Program-made: the position numbers and the translations under genes
Shown here: positions 1 to 9,124 of the stretch, piece after piece
Position numbering within the stretch: the stretch's first letter is position 1
Layout of the letters: each line of letters begins with the position of its first letter
The notes under the pieces: model-generated
Told to the model about the DNA's origin: nothing
The model's database searches: none
The model's input: only the letters and a program-made list of their open reading frames with translations
Source of the DNA: Candidatus Krumholzibacteriia bacterium
Lineage (GTDB): Bacteria; Krumholzibacteriota; Krumholzibacteriia; JAJRXK01
Direction of reading: 5' to 3'
Assembly: GCA_041484665.1 (NCBI GenBank)
Contig: JBGPIA010000026.1
Location: 1-49,904 of the forward strand
Length of the DNA stretch: 49,904 bases

Positions 1-45
1 AGCCGTGACAACGGCGCGTGACGACATCGGAGGAAAGCGCGGCTG

Positions 46-360
46 ATGCGCCAGATCGTCATCGGCAAGGCCAGCGACGTTCCTGAGGGGGAGGCGCGCG
101 TGTTCGAGGCAGAGGGCGTCCGCCTGGCCGTCAGTCGGGTGCACGGCAGCTACTACGCCATCGATGACCTGTGTACGCACGATGATGGGCCACTGGGAGA
201 AGGCTGCCTCATCGGCCACGAGATCGAGTGCCCGCGCCACGGCGCCCGCTTCGACGTGCGCACGGGCGAGGTCCGCCGCATGCCGGCGGCCTATCCAGTG
301 AACGCCTACAAGACCTGGGTCCGCGACGGGCAGATCGTCGTGGAGATCGACCAGGACTAG
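46..360 (+). CDS. Rieske-type [2Fe-2S] ferredoxin (SUF-associated)
   Basis: CTH...CPRH Rieske ligands; GGAGG RBS; directly upstream of sufS. Confidence 0.92.
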   Translation: MRQIVIGKASDVPEGEARVFEAEGVRLAVSRVHGSYYAIDDLCTHDDGPLGEGCLIGHEIECPRHGARFDVRTGEVRRMPAAYPVNAYKTWVRDGQIVVEIDQD

Positions 361-377
361 CAGTGGGGGAGGACGAC

Positions 378-1841
378 GTGGAGCGAGCCATGCCGACGCC
401 AGGCCAGCCCAGGACGCAGGGCAAGGCGTCAGCGCCAGCGCCGGGCAATGGGGCAGCTGGGCCAGCCGGCGCGATGCCGACCCCGGCTGCAGCCGGGCCG
501 ACCCTCGCGCAGCCAAGCGCGCCCGCGAGCGCGCCCGCGAGCGCGGCGGCCGCGTCCGCGGTCCCGCATGTGGTCGTCCCCGCGGTCGTTCCCGCAGTCA
601 CGCCGCCGCTGGACATCGAGCGCTTGCGCGCCGACTTCCCGATCCTGTCGCGGCGCATCCACGGCCGCCGACTCGTCTATCTCGATAGCGCAGCGACCAG
701 CCAGAAGCCCCGCTCGGTGATCGACGCCGAGGTGCGCTTCTACGAGAACAGCAACGCCAACGTCCATCGCGCCATCCACACCCTCGGCGAAGAGGCTACG
801 GCCGCCTACGAGGCCGTGCGCGAGAAGGTGGGCCGGCTGCTGGGCGGCGTGTCACCGCGCGGAGTCGTGTTCACCCGCAACGCCAGCGAGTCGCTCAATC
901 TCATGGCCTACGCCTGGGCGCGGCCGCGTCTGCGCGCCGGCGACGAGATCCTGCTCACTGAGATGGAGCACCACAGCAACCTCGTACCGTGGTTCTTGGT
1001 CGCGCGTGCCACCGGCGCCACGCTGCGCCACATCCCCATCACCGATGACGGTTGCCTGGACCTATCGGCCGTCGAACGGCTGCTCTCGACGCGCACGCGG
1101 GTCCTGGCCTTCGTGCACAAGAGCAACGTGCTGGGCACGGTCAACCCGGTGGCCGAGCTGGCGCGGCGCGCTCACGCGGCCGGAGCGTTGGTGATCGTCG
1201 ACGGAGCGCAAGCGGTCGGGCACATCCCCGTCGACCTCAACGTGCTGGGCGTGGATGCCTACGCGTTCAGCTCCCACAAGATGCTGGGGCCTACGGGGGT
1301 GGGCGTGCTGTGGGCGCGGCCCGAGCTGCTGGAGTCCATGGAGCCATTCCTGGGCGGCGGCGAAATGATCCGCGAGGTCTACCTCGATCACGCCACCTGG
1401 AACGACGTGCCGTGGAAGTTCGAGGCGGGGACTCCCAACATTGCAGGCGTGGTGGGCTTGGGTGCGGCGATCGAGTATCTGGAGGCGCTGGGCATCGAGC
1501 GGGCGCTTGCCCACGAGGTGGAGGTCACACGCTATGCCCTAGAGCGTCTGACCGAGCTGGGCTTCCTCAAGCTGTACGGCCCGCGGGCGGCGAGCGACCG
1601 GCCCGGGGTGGTGGCCTTCTCCGATCCGAAGGTCCACCCGCACGACCTCAGTACCGTGCTCGACTCCCACGGGGTCGCCATCCGCGCCGGGCACCACTGC
1701 GCGCAACCGCTCATGCGGCGGCTGGGCGTCGTCGCTGCAGCGCGGGCGAGCCTCCATTGCTACAATGACAAGGACGACGTGGACGCCCTGGTGGACGCAC
1801 TCATCAAGACCCGCGAGTACTTCGGCCATGTCATTCGTTGA
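378..1841 (+). CDS. sufS: SufS-type cysteine desulfurase with Ala/Pro-rich N-terminal extension
   Basis: YLDSAATSQKP, SSHKMLGPTG (PLP Lys), RAGHHCAQP (catalytic Cys); start GTG 378 after GGAGG, or ATG 390. Confidence 0.95.
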   Translation: MERAMPTPGQPRTQGKASAPAPGNGAAGPAGAMPTPAAAGPTLAQPSAPASAPASAAAASAVPHVVVPAVVPAVTPPLDIERLRADFPILSRRIHGRRLVYLDSAATSQKPRSVIDAEVRFYENSNANVHRAIHTLGEEATAAYEAVREKVGRLLGGVSPRGVVFTRNASESLNLMAYAWARPRLRAGDEILLTEMEHHSNLVPWFLVARATGATLRHIPITDDGCLDLSAVERLLSTRTRVLAFVHKSNVLGTVNPVAELARRAHAAGALVIVDGAQAVGHIPVDLNVLGVDAYAFSSHKMLGPTGVGVLWARPELLESMEPFLGGGEMIREVYLDHATWNDVPWKFEAGTPNIAGVVGLGAAIEYLEALGIERALAHEVEVTRYALERLTELGFLKLYGPRAASDRPGVVAFSDPKVHPHDLSTVLDSHGVAIRAGHHCAQPLMRRLGVVAAARASLHCYNDKDDVDALVDALIKTREYFGHVIR

Positions 1842-2409
1842 GCTGGACGACCTCTACCGCGACGTCGTTCTGGACCACTACAAGAACCCGCGCGGGCGCT
1901 GCCCGCTCGACCGCAAGGATGTCGAGAACGAGGGTTTCAACCCCGTCTGCGGCGACGAAGTACGCGTCGCCCTGCGCGTGGACAGCGACGTCATCACCGG
2001 CGCCGAGGTCAATGGGCGGGGCTGCTCGATCAGCGTCGCGTCGGGCTCGATGCTGGCGGAGCTGCTGATCGGCCGACGCGTCGGCGAAGTGCGAGCGCTG
2101 GCCGAAGCCTTCCGGCGCCAGATGCACGGCGAGAAGGTGCCCTCCGACATGGATCTGGGGGACCTGGAGGCGCTGCAGGGCGTACGCAAGTTCCCCGTGC
2201 GGGTGAAATGCGCACTGCTGCCCTGGACCACGCTGGGCGACGCGCTGGCGGCGTACGCCGCGGGCGCGCGGGCGGCAGCGCCGTCCACCACCGAGGAGTC
2301 GCGGCTCGGCGAGCGGCCCAACCTGACGCCGACCCAGCCATCCAGCGACCTTTCGCACCTGCTGCGGCCGGCCCACCCTGTAGGCCCGAAGCAAGGGGGA
2401 GCGCAATGA
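1828..2409 (+). CDS. sufU: SUF system NifU/IscU-family sulfur-transfer protein
   Basis: LYRDVVLDHYKNPR, NPVCGD, GCSIS, RVKCALLPW; overlaps sufS end. Confidence 0.93.
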   Translation: MSFVELDDLYRDVVLDHYKNPRGRCPLDRKDVENEGFNPVCGDEVRVALRVDSDVITGAEVNGRGCSISVASGSMLAELLIGRRVGEVRALAEAFRRQMHGEKVPSDMDLGDLEALQGVRKFPVRVKCALLPWTTLGDALAAYAAGARAAAPSTTEESRLGERPNLTPTQPSSDLSHLLRPAHPVGPKQGGAQ

Positions 2410-2927
2410 GCACCGATAAAGCCGCCCCGAAGGATCGCGCGGCGCCAGCTGGCTTCCCGGCAAAGCCGGATGTTACGGCGCCGGTGGGCTTCCCCGCGAA
2501 GCCGGATGCCACGGTGCCGACGGGCCCGGCCGCCAAGGCGCCAGCGGGTGCGGCTGCGGGCTCTGGTGCTCCAGCGCCAGCGGGATCAGCTGCCGGCTCA
2601 GATGCTGCACCGCCGACCATCACCTTCGAGCAGGTTTGCGAGACCATCCGCCCGCTGAAGGACCCCGAGATCGGTATCTCCATCGTCGAGCTTGGGCTGC
2701 TGTACGGCCACGAGTATGATCCGCAGACGCGCCGCCTGAAGGTCAAGATGACCCTCACCAGCCAGATGTGCCCCGCCGGGCCGGAGCTCGTGGGTGGGGT
2801 GAAGTTCATGGCGGGGCGCATGGAGAACGTGGACGATGTCGAGGTGGAGCTGGTCTGGAACCCGCCCTGGGACCCGAAGACGCACTGCAGCGAGGACGCG
2901 AAGGCGATCCTCGGAATCTGGGAGTGA
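2406..2927 (+). CDS. sufT: DUF59/SufT Fe-S assembly factor with low-complexity N-terminus
   Basis: DPEIGISIVELGLLY, MTLTSQMCP, VWNPPW; GGAG RBS; start overlaps sufU stop. Confidence 0.85.
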   Translation: MSTDKAAPKDRAAPAGFPAKPDVTAPVGFPAKPDATVPTGPAAKAPAGAAAGSGAPAPAGSAAGSDAAPPTITFEQVCETIRPLKDPEIGISIVELGLLYGHEYDPQTRRLKVKMTLTSQMCPAGPELVGGVKFMAGRMENVDDVEVELVWNPPWDPKTHCSEDAKAILGIWE

Positions 2928-3059
2928 TTCCGCCGCCGCAGGCATGCCCCGCACGCGCCGCCCCTGCTGCCGCGGTGTCGACTACTTCCCTTCCCTGGCG
3001 TCCGCAGCACCCTTGACGATCCAGCGCCGGCCGCGCGGGCCGCGGCGTCCGCGTCGCCG

Positions 3060-5402
3060 ATGAGCCGACGTTCCTCTCTGCGGCTGCTGGCGCTGCTGCT
3101 GCTGCTCGCCGTCGCGTCTGGCGCGAGGGCGCAATCTGCCGCGCTCGGCGCGCCTCCCGCGGCGCTGGGCGCCTCCGCCGCGACTGCTGCCTCCATCGCG
3201 CTGGCCACCTCCGTCGCGCCTGATACTGCCACCACACCGGGCGAGCCGGCAGCGCCGACTGCGCCGGACGAACCCCCGCACCCGCTGCTCGGGCTGGTGC
3301 TGAGCGGTGGTGTGGCGCGCGGTTTCGCCCACATCGGCGTGCTGCAGGCGTTGGAGGAGGCCGGCATCGCGCCGGACCTCGTCATCGGTTGCAGCATGGG
3401 CTCCATCGTGGGCGGCTTCTACGCCTGCGGGCAGACTCCCGCCGAGATGAAGGAGCTGGTCACCAGTATCAATTGGGAGCACTTCTTCTCCACCGACTGG
3501 GTCCACAGCCGCGCGTATGTGAGCCGCCAGATCACCGACCGGCCCGGGCTTCTCACCGTGCGCTGGGCCGGGGACCAGGGCCTGCAGATCACGACCAGCC
3601 TGGCCGGCACGTTCGGCCAGCAGGAGGCCTACCTGCGCCACACGCTGGCGGCGCAGCTGCTCTCGCAGGGCAACTTCGACTCGCTGGCGGTGCGCTTCCG
3701 CGCGGCGGCGGCCGATCTGCAGAGCGGCCGCCTCGAGCTGCTGGATCGCGGCGGAATCGGCCAGGCCATGGCGGCCACCGCAGCCATCCCCCTGCTGTTC
3801 GAGCCGGTCGTCGTGGACAGCCTCGTTCTGGTCGATGGCTCCATCATCGACAATTTCCCCGTGTTCGCCGCCCGGGATCTCCACGCACAGTTCGTGGTGG
3901 GGGTGGACACCGGCGCGCCGCTGCGGGAGAAGCCCGCGCTGCACAGCCCGGTGAGCGAGCTGCTCCGCGCCTACGAAGTCATGGTCAGCCAGACGCGGCG
4001 CAAGAGCATCGACCGGGCCGACTTCGTCATCACCCCGCCGCTGGGCCACATCGCGGCGGGGTCCTTCGATCTGGCCGACTCCACCATCGCCATCGGCTAT
4101 CGCGCCGGGAAGGAGGCGGTCCCGCAGCTGCTGGAGAAGCTCGACGCCGCCGGCATCCCGCGGGCGCAGCTACGCGCGAACCTGCAGGCCCACCGTGCCT
4201 GGCGCGAGCGCGCGCAGCGGGCGCTCCTGGGCGTGCGCGTGGGCAAAATCCGCGTGATGGGGCTGCAGCGCTACAAGGGGCGCGTCGTACGCCAGGAGCT
4301 GCTCATGCGCGAGGGCGACTCCTGGGATCCGGACCAGGCGGTGGCCAGCCTGGCGAATTTGTACGGAACCGGGCGATTCCGCTCCGTGTGGTTCGACCTG
4401 CGGCCGTGGGATCCCGGGCGTGTCGAGCTGGACGTGCGCGTCAACGAGGCGCTGCCGCTGGAGACCTCGCTCGGGCTGCGCGTCGACACCGAGCGCGGCT
4501 GGCAGGGGCTGCTGCGCGTGCGGCACGCCAACGTCGCCGGGGGCTCGCTGGGCAGCGGCGCCACGGCCATCCTCGAGACGCGGGTCGGCGAGGAGCGGCA
4601 GGCCGGGGACCTCATCCTGCAGACGCCCTATCTGCTGACCCACGGCTGGACGCAGCGCACCCGCATCTACGCCGTGGCCGACGAGCTCCCGCGGTTCTCG
4701 GGCGAGCAGCAGATCGGGCGGCTGCACCTGCTGCGCGCCGGCATCGACCTCTTCCACGTGGGCCGCATGGTGGGCCGGCACGGCCTGCTCGAGCTGGGCC
4801 TGATGCGCGAGTGGACGCAGAACGAGGAGTACTTGCTCGTGGGCGTCCCGCGCTCACGAGAGGACTACACCGCGCTCGCCGCGCACGGCTGGTTCCGCAA
4901 CACCGACCGGCCCGACCGACCGTCACGCGGCGCCGAGGCTACGGCCCGGCTGGAGGTGGCCCGGGAGGTCCTCGGCGGCGACCGCGCGTACGTGCAGGCG
5001 GAGGGGCGCCTCGACGGCTACGTGCCCAATCCGTTGGGTGGGGTATTGGGTGCGCGCCTGCATGGCGGTTGGACCGATGTGGCCCTGCCCGCCGCGCGGC
5101 AGTTCCGTCTGGGCGGCGGGGGCAGCCTGGCGGGATTGCACCAGGAGGAGCTCTTGGGCGACCGCATGGCCAGCGTGGGGCTATTGCAGCGCATCAAGGT
5201 GCTCGGGCCGATGGAGGTGCAGCTCGCGTGGGATTTCGGCGCCGTGTGGAGCGCAACCCAGGACCCGCGGCTGCACGATCTGCGCGCCGGTGTGGCCGCG
5301 CAGGCGCGCTTTGTGCTCCCGATGGGGCCGCTGCTGGTGGAATATGGCCGTACCGCGGACGACCGCGATCACTGGATGGTCGCGCTGGGGTATCTGTTCT
5401 AG
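3060..5402 (+). CDS. Patatin-like phospholipase with POTRA and C-terminal beta-barrel (PlpD/type Vd-like)
   Basis: Signal peptide, SGGVARGFAHIG, GCSMG, DGS, POTRA-like segment, C-terminal LGYLF. Confidence 0.88.
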   Translation: MSRRSSLRLLALLLLLAVASGARAQSAALGAPPAALGASAATAASIALATSVAPDTATTPGEPAAPTAPDEPPHPLLGLVLSGGVARGFAHIGVLQALEEAGIAPDLVIGCSMGSIVGGFYACGQTPAEMKELVTSINWEHFFSTDWVHSRAYVSRQITDRPGLLTVRWAGDQGLQITTSLAGTFGQQEAYLRHTLAAQLLSQGNFDSLAVRFRAAAADLQSGRLELLDRGGIGQAMAATAAIPLLFEPVVVDSLVLVDGSIIDNFPVFAARDLHAQFVVGVDTGAPLREKPALHSPVSELLRAYEVMVSQTRRKSIDRADFVITPPLGHIAAGSFDLADSTIAIGYRAGKEAVPQLLEKLDAAGIPRAQLRANLQAHRAWRERAQRALLGVRVGKIRVMGLQRYKGRVVRQELLMREGDSWDPDQAVASLANLYGTGRFRSVWFDLRPWDPGRVELDVRVNEALPLETSLGLRVDTERGWQGLLRVRHANVAGGSLGSGATAILETRVGEERQAGDLILQTPYLLTHGWTQRTRIYAVADELPRFSGEQQIGRLHLLRAGIDLFHVGRMVGRHGLLELGLMREWTQNEEYLLVGVPRSREDYTALAAHGWFRNTDRPDRPSRGAEATARLEVAREVLGGDRAYVQAEGRLDGYVPNPLGGVLGARLHGGWTDVALPAARQFRLGGGGSLAGLHQEELLGDRMASVGLLQRIKVLGPMEVQLAWDFGAVWSATQDPRLHDLRAGVAAQARFVLPMGPLLVEYGRTADDRDHWMVALGYLF

Positions 5403-5433
5403 GCGGCGGGGCGCCGCGGCTCCTGTTGTCCGT

Positions 5434-5590
5434 GCGTCGCTTGCTGCACGCGGGCGCCGCTTTCGCATGCGGGGATCGCTCGCTGTCGCGCAGGGGCGTC
5501 GCTTGCTGCACGCGGGCGCCGCTTTCGCATGCGGGGATCGCTCGCTGTCGCGCAGGGGCGTCGCTCGCTGCACGCGGGCGCCGCTCTCGC
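5434..5590. repeat. 62-bp tandem repeat, about 2.5 copies, between convergent genes
   Basis: Unit gcgtcgcttgctgcacgcgggcgccgctttcgcatgcggggatcgctcgctgtcgcgcaggg starts at 5434, 5496 and 5558. Confidence 0.9.
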
Positions 5591-5599
5591 GAGCGGGCG

Positions 5600-7180
5600 T
5601 CAGGTGCGCCGCAGCAGGAGCAGCGTCACGTCGTCGGGTGCCCCGGCCACGCCCACGAACGCTTCCACCTCGAGGCGCGCCCGGTCGACGATTGCGGGGA
5701 GCGGCGCGCCGCGCATTTCCACCAGCGTGCGCTCCAGCGGCTCGATCCCCAGGAACTGCTCGCCGTCGGGCGTGGCCTCGCTGACGCCGTCGCTGAACAC
5801 GGCCAGCAGATCGCCCGGCGCCAGCTCCACCTGCGCCGCGGACGCGCGCAGGGTCTCCAGCAGCGCGATGGGTTGGCCGGTGCTCTCGAGTATCTCCACC
5901 GTTCCCGACGCGCGCACGAGCCGGGGGGGCTCGTGGCCCGCATTGACGTAGACCAGGCGACCGGACTGCGGCTCGAGCTCGCCGAAGAACAAGGTCAGGT
6001 ACTGCTCGGTCGGAAGGCTCTTGAAGAGCTGCCGGTGCAGCATCTGGATGAGCTGCTCGGGAGGGCCCTCGATCTCCGCCAGCATGCGCAGCAGCACCAG
6101 CGCCGCGCTCATGGCGAGCGCGGCCGGCATCCCTTTGCCCGCGATGTCACCGACGGTCAACAGCACGGTGCCCGACGGGCGCTCGATGCACTCGTAGAGG
6201 TCGCCGCCGACGCTGCGGCACATGACCTGATGGGCGGCGATCTCGTAGCCGTCGGGGACACTCAGGTGCTGCGGCAGCAGCCCTTTCTGGATGCGCGCGG
6301 CGGTCTGCATCTCGCTCTCCAGGGAGAGGTTGCGCAGCTTCACGGCCACCGCGTTCGCGGCCGCGGTGAGCACTTGGAGGTCATCCTGCGTGTAGCGCAC
6401 CGTGAGGTCGGCGGTGTCCACGTAGAGGATGCCGCGCACGCGCTGGTTGTCGAACAAGGGCGCGGCCATCGCCGACCGCAGCTGCAGCGCGGCGATGCTC
6501 ATGTGGCCGGCGGTGCGCGGGTCGGCGAAGGCGTCCTCGACCAGGACCGACTGCCGCTCGCGCAGCACCAGGTCCATGAGGGTGTGGCTCAGGCGCAGGC
6601 GATCCTCCTGATCGGGGACCCGCAGCCAGCGGGCGTGGGGTTCCAGACCGGAGCCGATGCCTTCCTCCTCCAGGAGGACCACCCGATCGGCTCTCACCCA
6701 GCGGCTCACGAACTCGCAGGCGGCCTGTCCGACGGCGTCGGGATCGGTGCCGGATGCGACCAGCTCGAAGAGCGAGCCGAGCATCTCGACGATGCGCGCC
6801 CGCGCGCCTTCGGTGTAGCCATCCTGCATACGATAGGACTCGCGCGACGAGACTTGTTCGTCGCCAGAGAACTCGGCCGAGATCCCGGTCGTGGGTATGG
6901 CGCGCCAGGCCGGCACGCCGGCAAACTTCAGCGTCGCCGACTCGGGCACGAGCACCTCGGTGGCGCCCACCGGTTTGCCGTCGACCTCGGTACCGTGGGT
7001 GCTCCCCAGGTCGCGCACGTAGAGCTGGTCGTCTTCCACCCGCAGGATGGCATGCTTACGGCTCATGACCGAGACGGGCACGCGCACTGCGCACTCGTCG
7101 GAACGGCCGAGCACATGCTCACCGTCGTCGAGCTCGATGGGGTGCAGCTCGCCGTCCCAGTACAATTGGAGGGTCAGCAT
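5600..7180 (-). CDS. FHA-GAF-PP2C (SpoIIE/RsbU-like) phosphatase
   Basis: FHA motifs GRS, SRKHA, DLGSTHGT; GAF; VGGDLY, GDIAGKG, FSDGVSEA, DDVTLL; AAGGAG RBS. Confidence 0.92.
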   Translation of the reverse strand: MLTLQLYWDGELHPIELDDGEHVLGRSDECAVRVPVSVMSRKHAILRVEDDQLYVRDLGSTHGTEVDGKPVGATEVLVPESATLKFAGVPAWRAIPTTGISAEFSGDEQVSSRESYRMQDGYTEGARARIVEMLGSLFELVASGTDPDAVGQAACEFVSRWVRADRVVLLEEEGIGSGLEPHARWLRVPDQEDRLRLSHTLMDLVLRERQSVLVEDAFADPRTAGHMSIAALQLRSAMAAPLFDNQRVRGILYVDTADLTVRYTQDDLQVLTAAANAVAVKLRNLSLESEMQTAARIQKGLLPQHLSVPDGYEIAAHQVMCRSVGGDLYECIERPSGTVLLTVGDIAGKGMPAALAMSAALVLLRMLAEIEGPPEQLIQMLHRQLFKSLPTEQYLTLFFGELEPQSGRLVYVNAGHEPPRLVRASGTVEILESTGQPIALLETLRASAAQVELAPGDLLAVFSDGVSEATPDGEQFLGIEPLERTLVEMRGAPLPAIVDRARLEVEAFVGVAGAPDDVTLLLLRRT

Positions 7181-7445
7181 CGAGGGGGCTCCTTCGAGGG
7201 CTTGCCCGGCCGTTGACCTCCGGGCGAGCTGTGCCACGAGGGAGTCTAGCAGCAGGGACCAGGCTGCGCACGGGAGTCCTCCGTGCGTGGAGGCAGTCCG
7301 GGCGTGCTGCCGGCGAGCGGGCGTAGGCGGGCGATCACAGGTGGGCGACCGAAGGGCTTGCCGCGGCGGCAATCTGCCCCATACTCTTGCGACGATCCGC
7401 TTCAGACGACCCGCCGCGCCGTTCCCCAGCGCGCGAGGATACTCC

Positions 7446-8942
7446 GTGAGCGACGAGCGCACACCGGCCACCGCGCCAGCGGAACGAGGTCAGGCCAGCA
7501 CCGCAGGTGAGGCGGCGGCGCCAGCGCGCCAGTTGTCGGTCTTCTCCATCGCGCCCAACCTCGTCAACATCATCACGCTGCCACCGGTGCTCCACAGCGG
7601 GATCCTCCTGGAGGTCGAGGACGCGACCTTCAACCACGACAGCGCCGTCATGCTGCCCGAGGACCCGACGCCGGACCCGCTCGACCAGGGCGACGCCACA
7701 CCCGCGCAGCGGCGGATCGGCGGGCTGGACGTGCTGCGCGAGTGCCTGATCTTCGCCCAGGACAACCCGGGCAAGAAGCTGTTGGTGGCGGGGCACAGCG
7801 ACACCACGGGCCTGGACTCCTACAACCTGAAGCTGTCGCGCCAGCGCGCCGCCAGCGTGCTGCACGCGCTGCTCGGCGAGAAAGACCCCTGGGTGAAGAT
7901 CGCGCACGAGCATCACCAGGTACGCGATCTCCAGCAGATCCTCAATTGGGTGTTCTGGCTGTACGGCTGGCCGTGCTTCGTCGCGCAGCTCTCGCCCGCG
8001 ATGAATGCGGCCACCAAGCACGCCATCGAGGCGTTGCAGGAGAACTACAACCGGGTCTTCGCTGCGAACCTCGCCGTCGACGGCAAGGACAGCAAGGAGA
8101 CCTGGGGAGTGATCTTCGACCTGTACATGGACCGACTGGCCGGCCTGCTGCAAACCGATGCCAGCGGCCTGGCGCAGTATCGCTCTGGCCTGCAGTGGGT
8201 CGATCCTGGCCGCAAATTCGTCGGCTGCGGGGAGAACTGGCCCATCGACAACCCGGCCTTCGGCAACCCGCCGCCCCCGCCTGGCGCGCGCCGTCGCGTG
8301 GACAACTACCGCAGCGCGGCCAATCGCCGCGTGGAGATCCTCTTCTTCGACGACGGCGAAGCGCCGCCGCTGGACTGCCACCCGTCCGAGACCAGTTGTC
8401 TCGCGAGCCGCTGCCATCTCTACGACGGGCGCCGCTACGACCTGCAGCACCTGCCGGTGCACATCGGCCACGTCACGCTGCGCCTGGGCACCTTGCAGCT
8501 GCAGGCGAGCTCGGGCGGAACCTGGCCTCCGCTGCACGCGGACTTCCAGCGCGTCGCTGCCGCGGGTCTCTCGTACCGCCTCACGGGCGCCGCCGGGGAG
8601 CGCACCGGGACCACCAGTGCCGGCGGCGTGCTCTCCTTCTGGCTCGCTGAAGAGGAGCAGGAGCTGGAGCTCGCGCTGGAGGATCCCGCCATCGGGCGGA
8701 AGTGGAAGCTGCGTCTGCGGGTCGGGCAGCTCAACGCTCCCGCGACCCAGCCCGGGCGCCGCCAGCGGTTGCGCCACCTGGGCTACGGTCCCGCCGTGCT
8801 TGCGGCGTGGAACGAAGTGCACCAGACGGGAGCGGAGCGGCTCTTCCGCAAGGACGTGGGGCTGCAGTCCGCCGATCCCGAGCCCCTGCTCGCGTTGGCG
8901 CTGGGTCGCGAGCACGGCGATCCCGCCGACACGCCCACCTAG
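7446..8942 (+). CDS. OmpA-like domain protein with large internal insertion and putative peptidoglycan-binding segments
   Basis: VAGHSDTTG..YNLKLSRQRA then NRRVEI about 160 aa later; C-terminal QRLRHLGY; GTG start inferred. Confidence 0.7.
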   Translation: MSDERTPATAPAERGQASTAGEAAAPARQLSVFSIAPNLVNIITLPPVLHSGILLEVEDATFNHDSAVMLPEDPTPDPLDQGDATPAQRRIGGLDVLRECLIFAQDNPGKKLLVAGHSDTTGLDSYNLKLSRQRAASVLHALLGEKDPWVKIAHEHHQVRDLQQILNWVFWLYGWPCFVAQLSPAMNAATKHAIEALQENYNRVFAANLAVDGKDSKETWGVIFDLYMDRLAGLLQTDASGLAQYRSGLQWVDPGRKFVGCGENWPIDNPAFGNPPPPPGARRRVDNYRSAANRRVEILFFDDGEAPPLDCHPSETSCLASRCHLYDGRRYDLQHLPVHIGHVTLRLGTLQLQASSGGTWPPLHADFQRVAAAGLSYRLTGAAGERTGTTSAGGVLSFWLAEEEQELELALEDPAIGRKWKLRLRVGQLNAPATQPGRRQRLRHLGYGPAVLAAWNEVHQTGAERLFRKDVGLQSADPEPLLALALGREHGDPADTPT

Positions 8943-8989
8943 CGCGGCGCTTCGGTCCGCGCCGCATCGTTCGCAGCGCGTTGCACCGC

Positions 8990-9124
8990 GCGTCGGGCCG
9001 CGTCGTGCGCCGTGCGTCGGGCCGCATCGTGCGCCGTGTGTCGGGTCACGTCGTGCGCCGTGCGTCGGGCCGCATCGTGCGCCGCGCCTCCGGCCGCACC
9101 GTGCGCTGCGCGTCGGGCCGCGTC
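8990..9124. repeat. 24-bp degenerate tandem repeat, about 5.5 copies
   Basis: gcgtcgggccgc(g/a)tcgtgcgccgt units between convergent genes. Confidence 0.85.

Noticed and set aside
3389..7216. 1275-aa plus-strand ORF and many other long overlapping ORFs (e.g. 31651..33723, 35672..37795, 42174..44570, 46506..48887)
   Set aside because: Shadow frames of real genes in high-GC DNA; Arg/Ala/Gly-rich with no motifs
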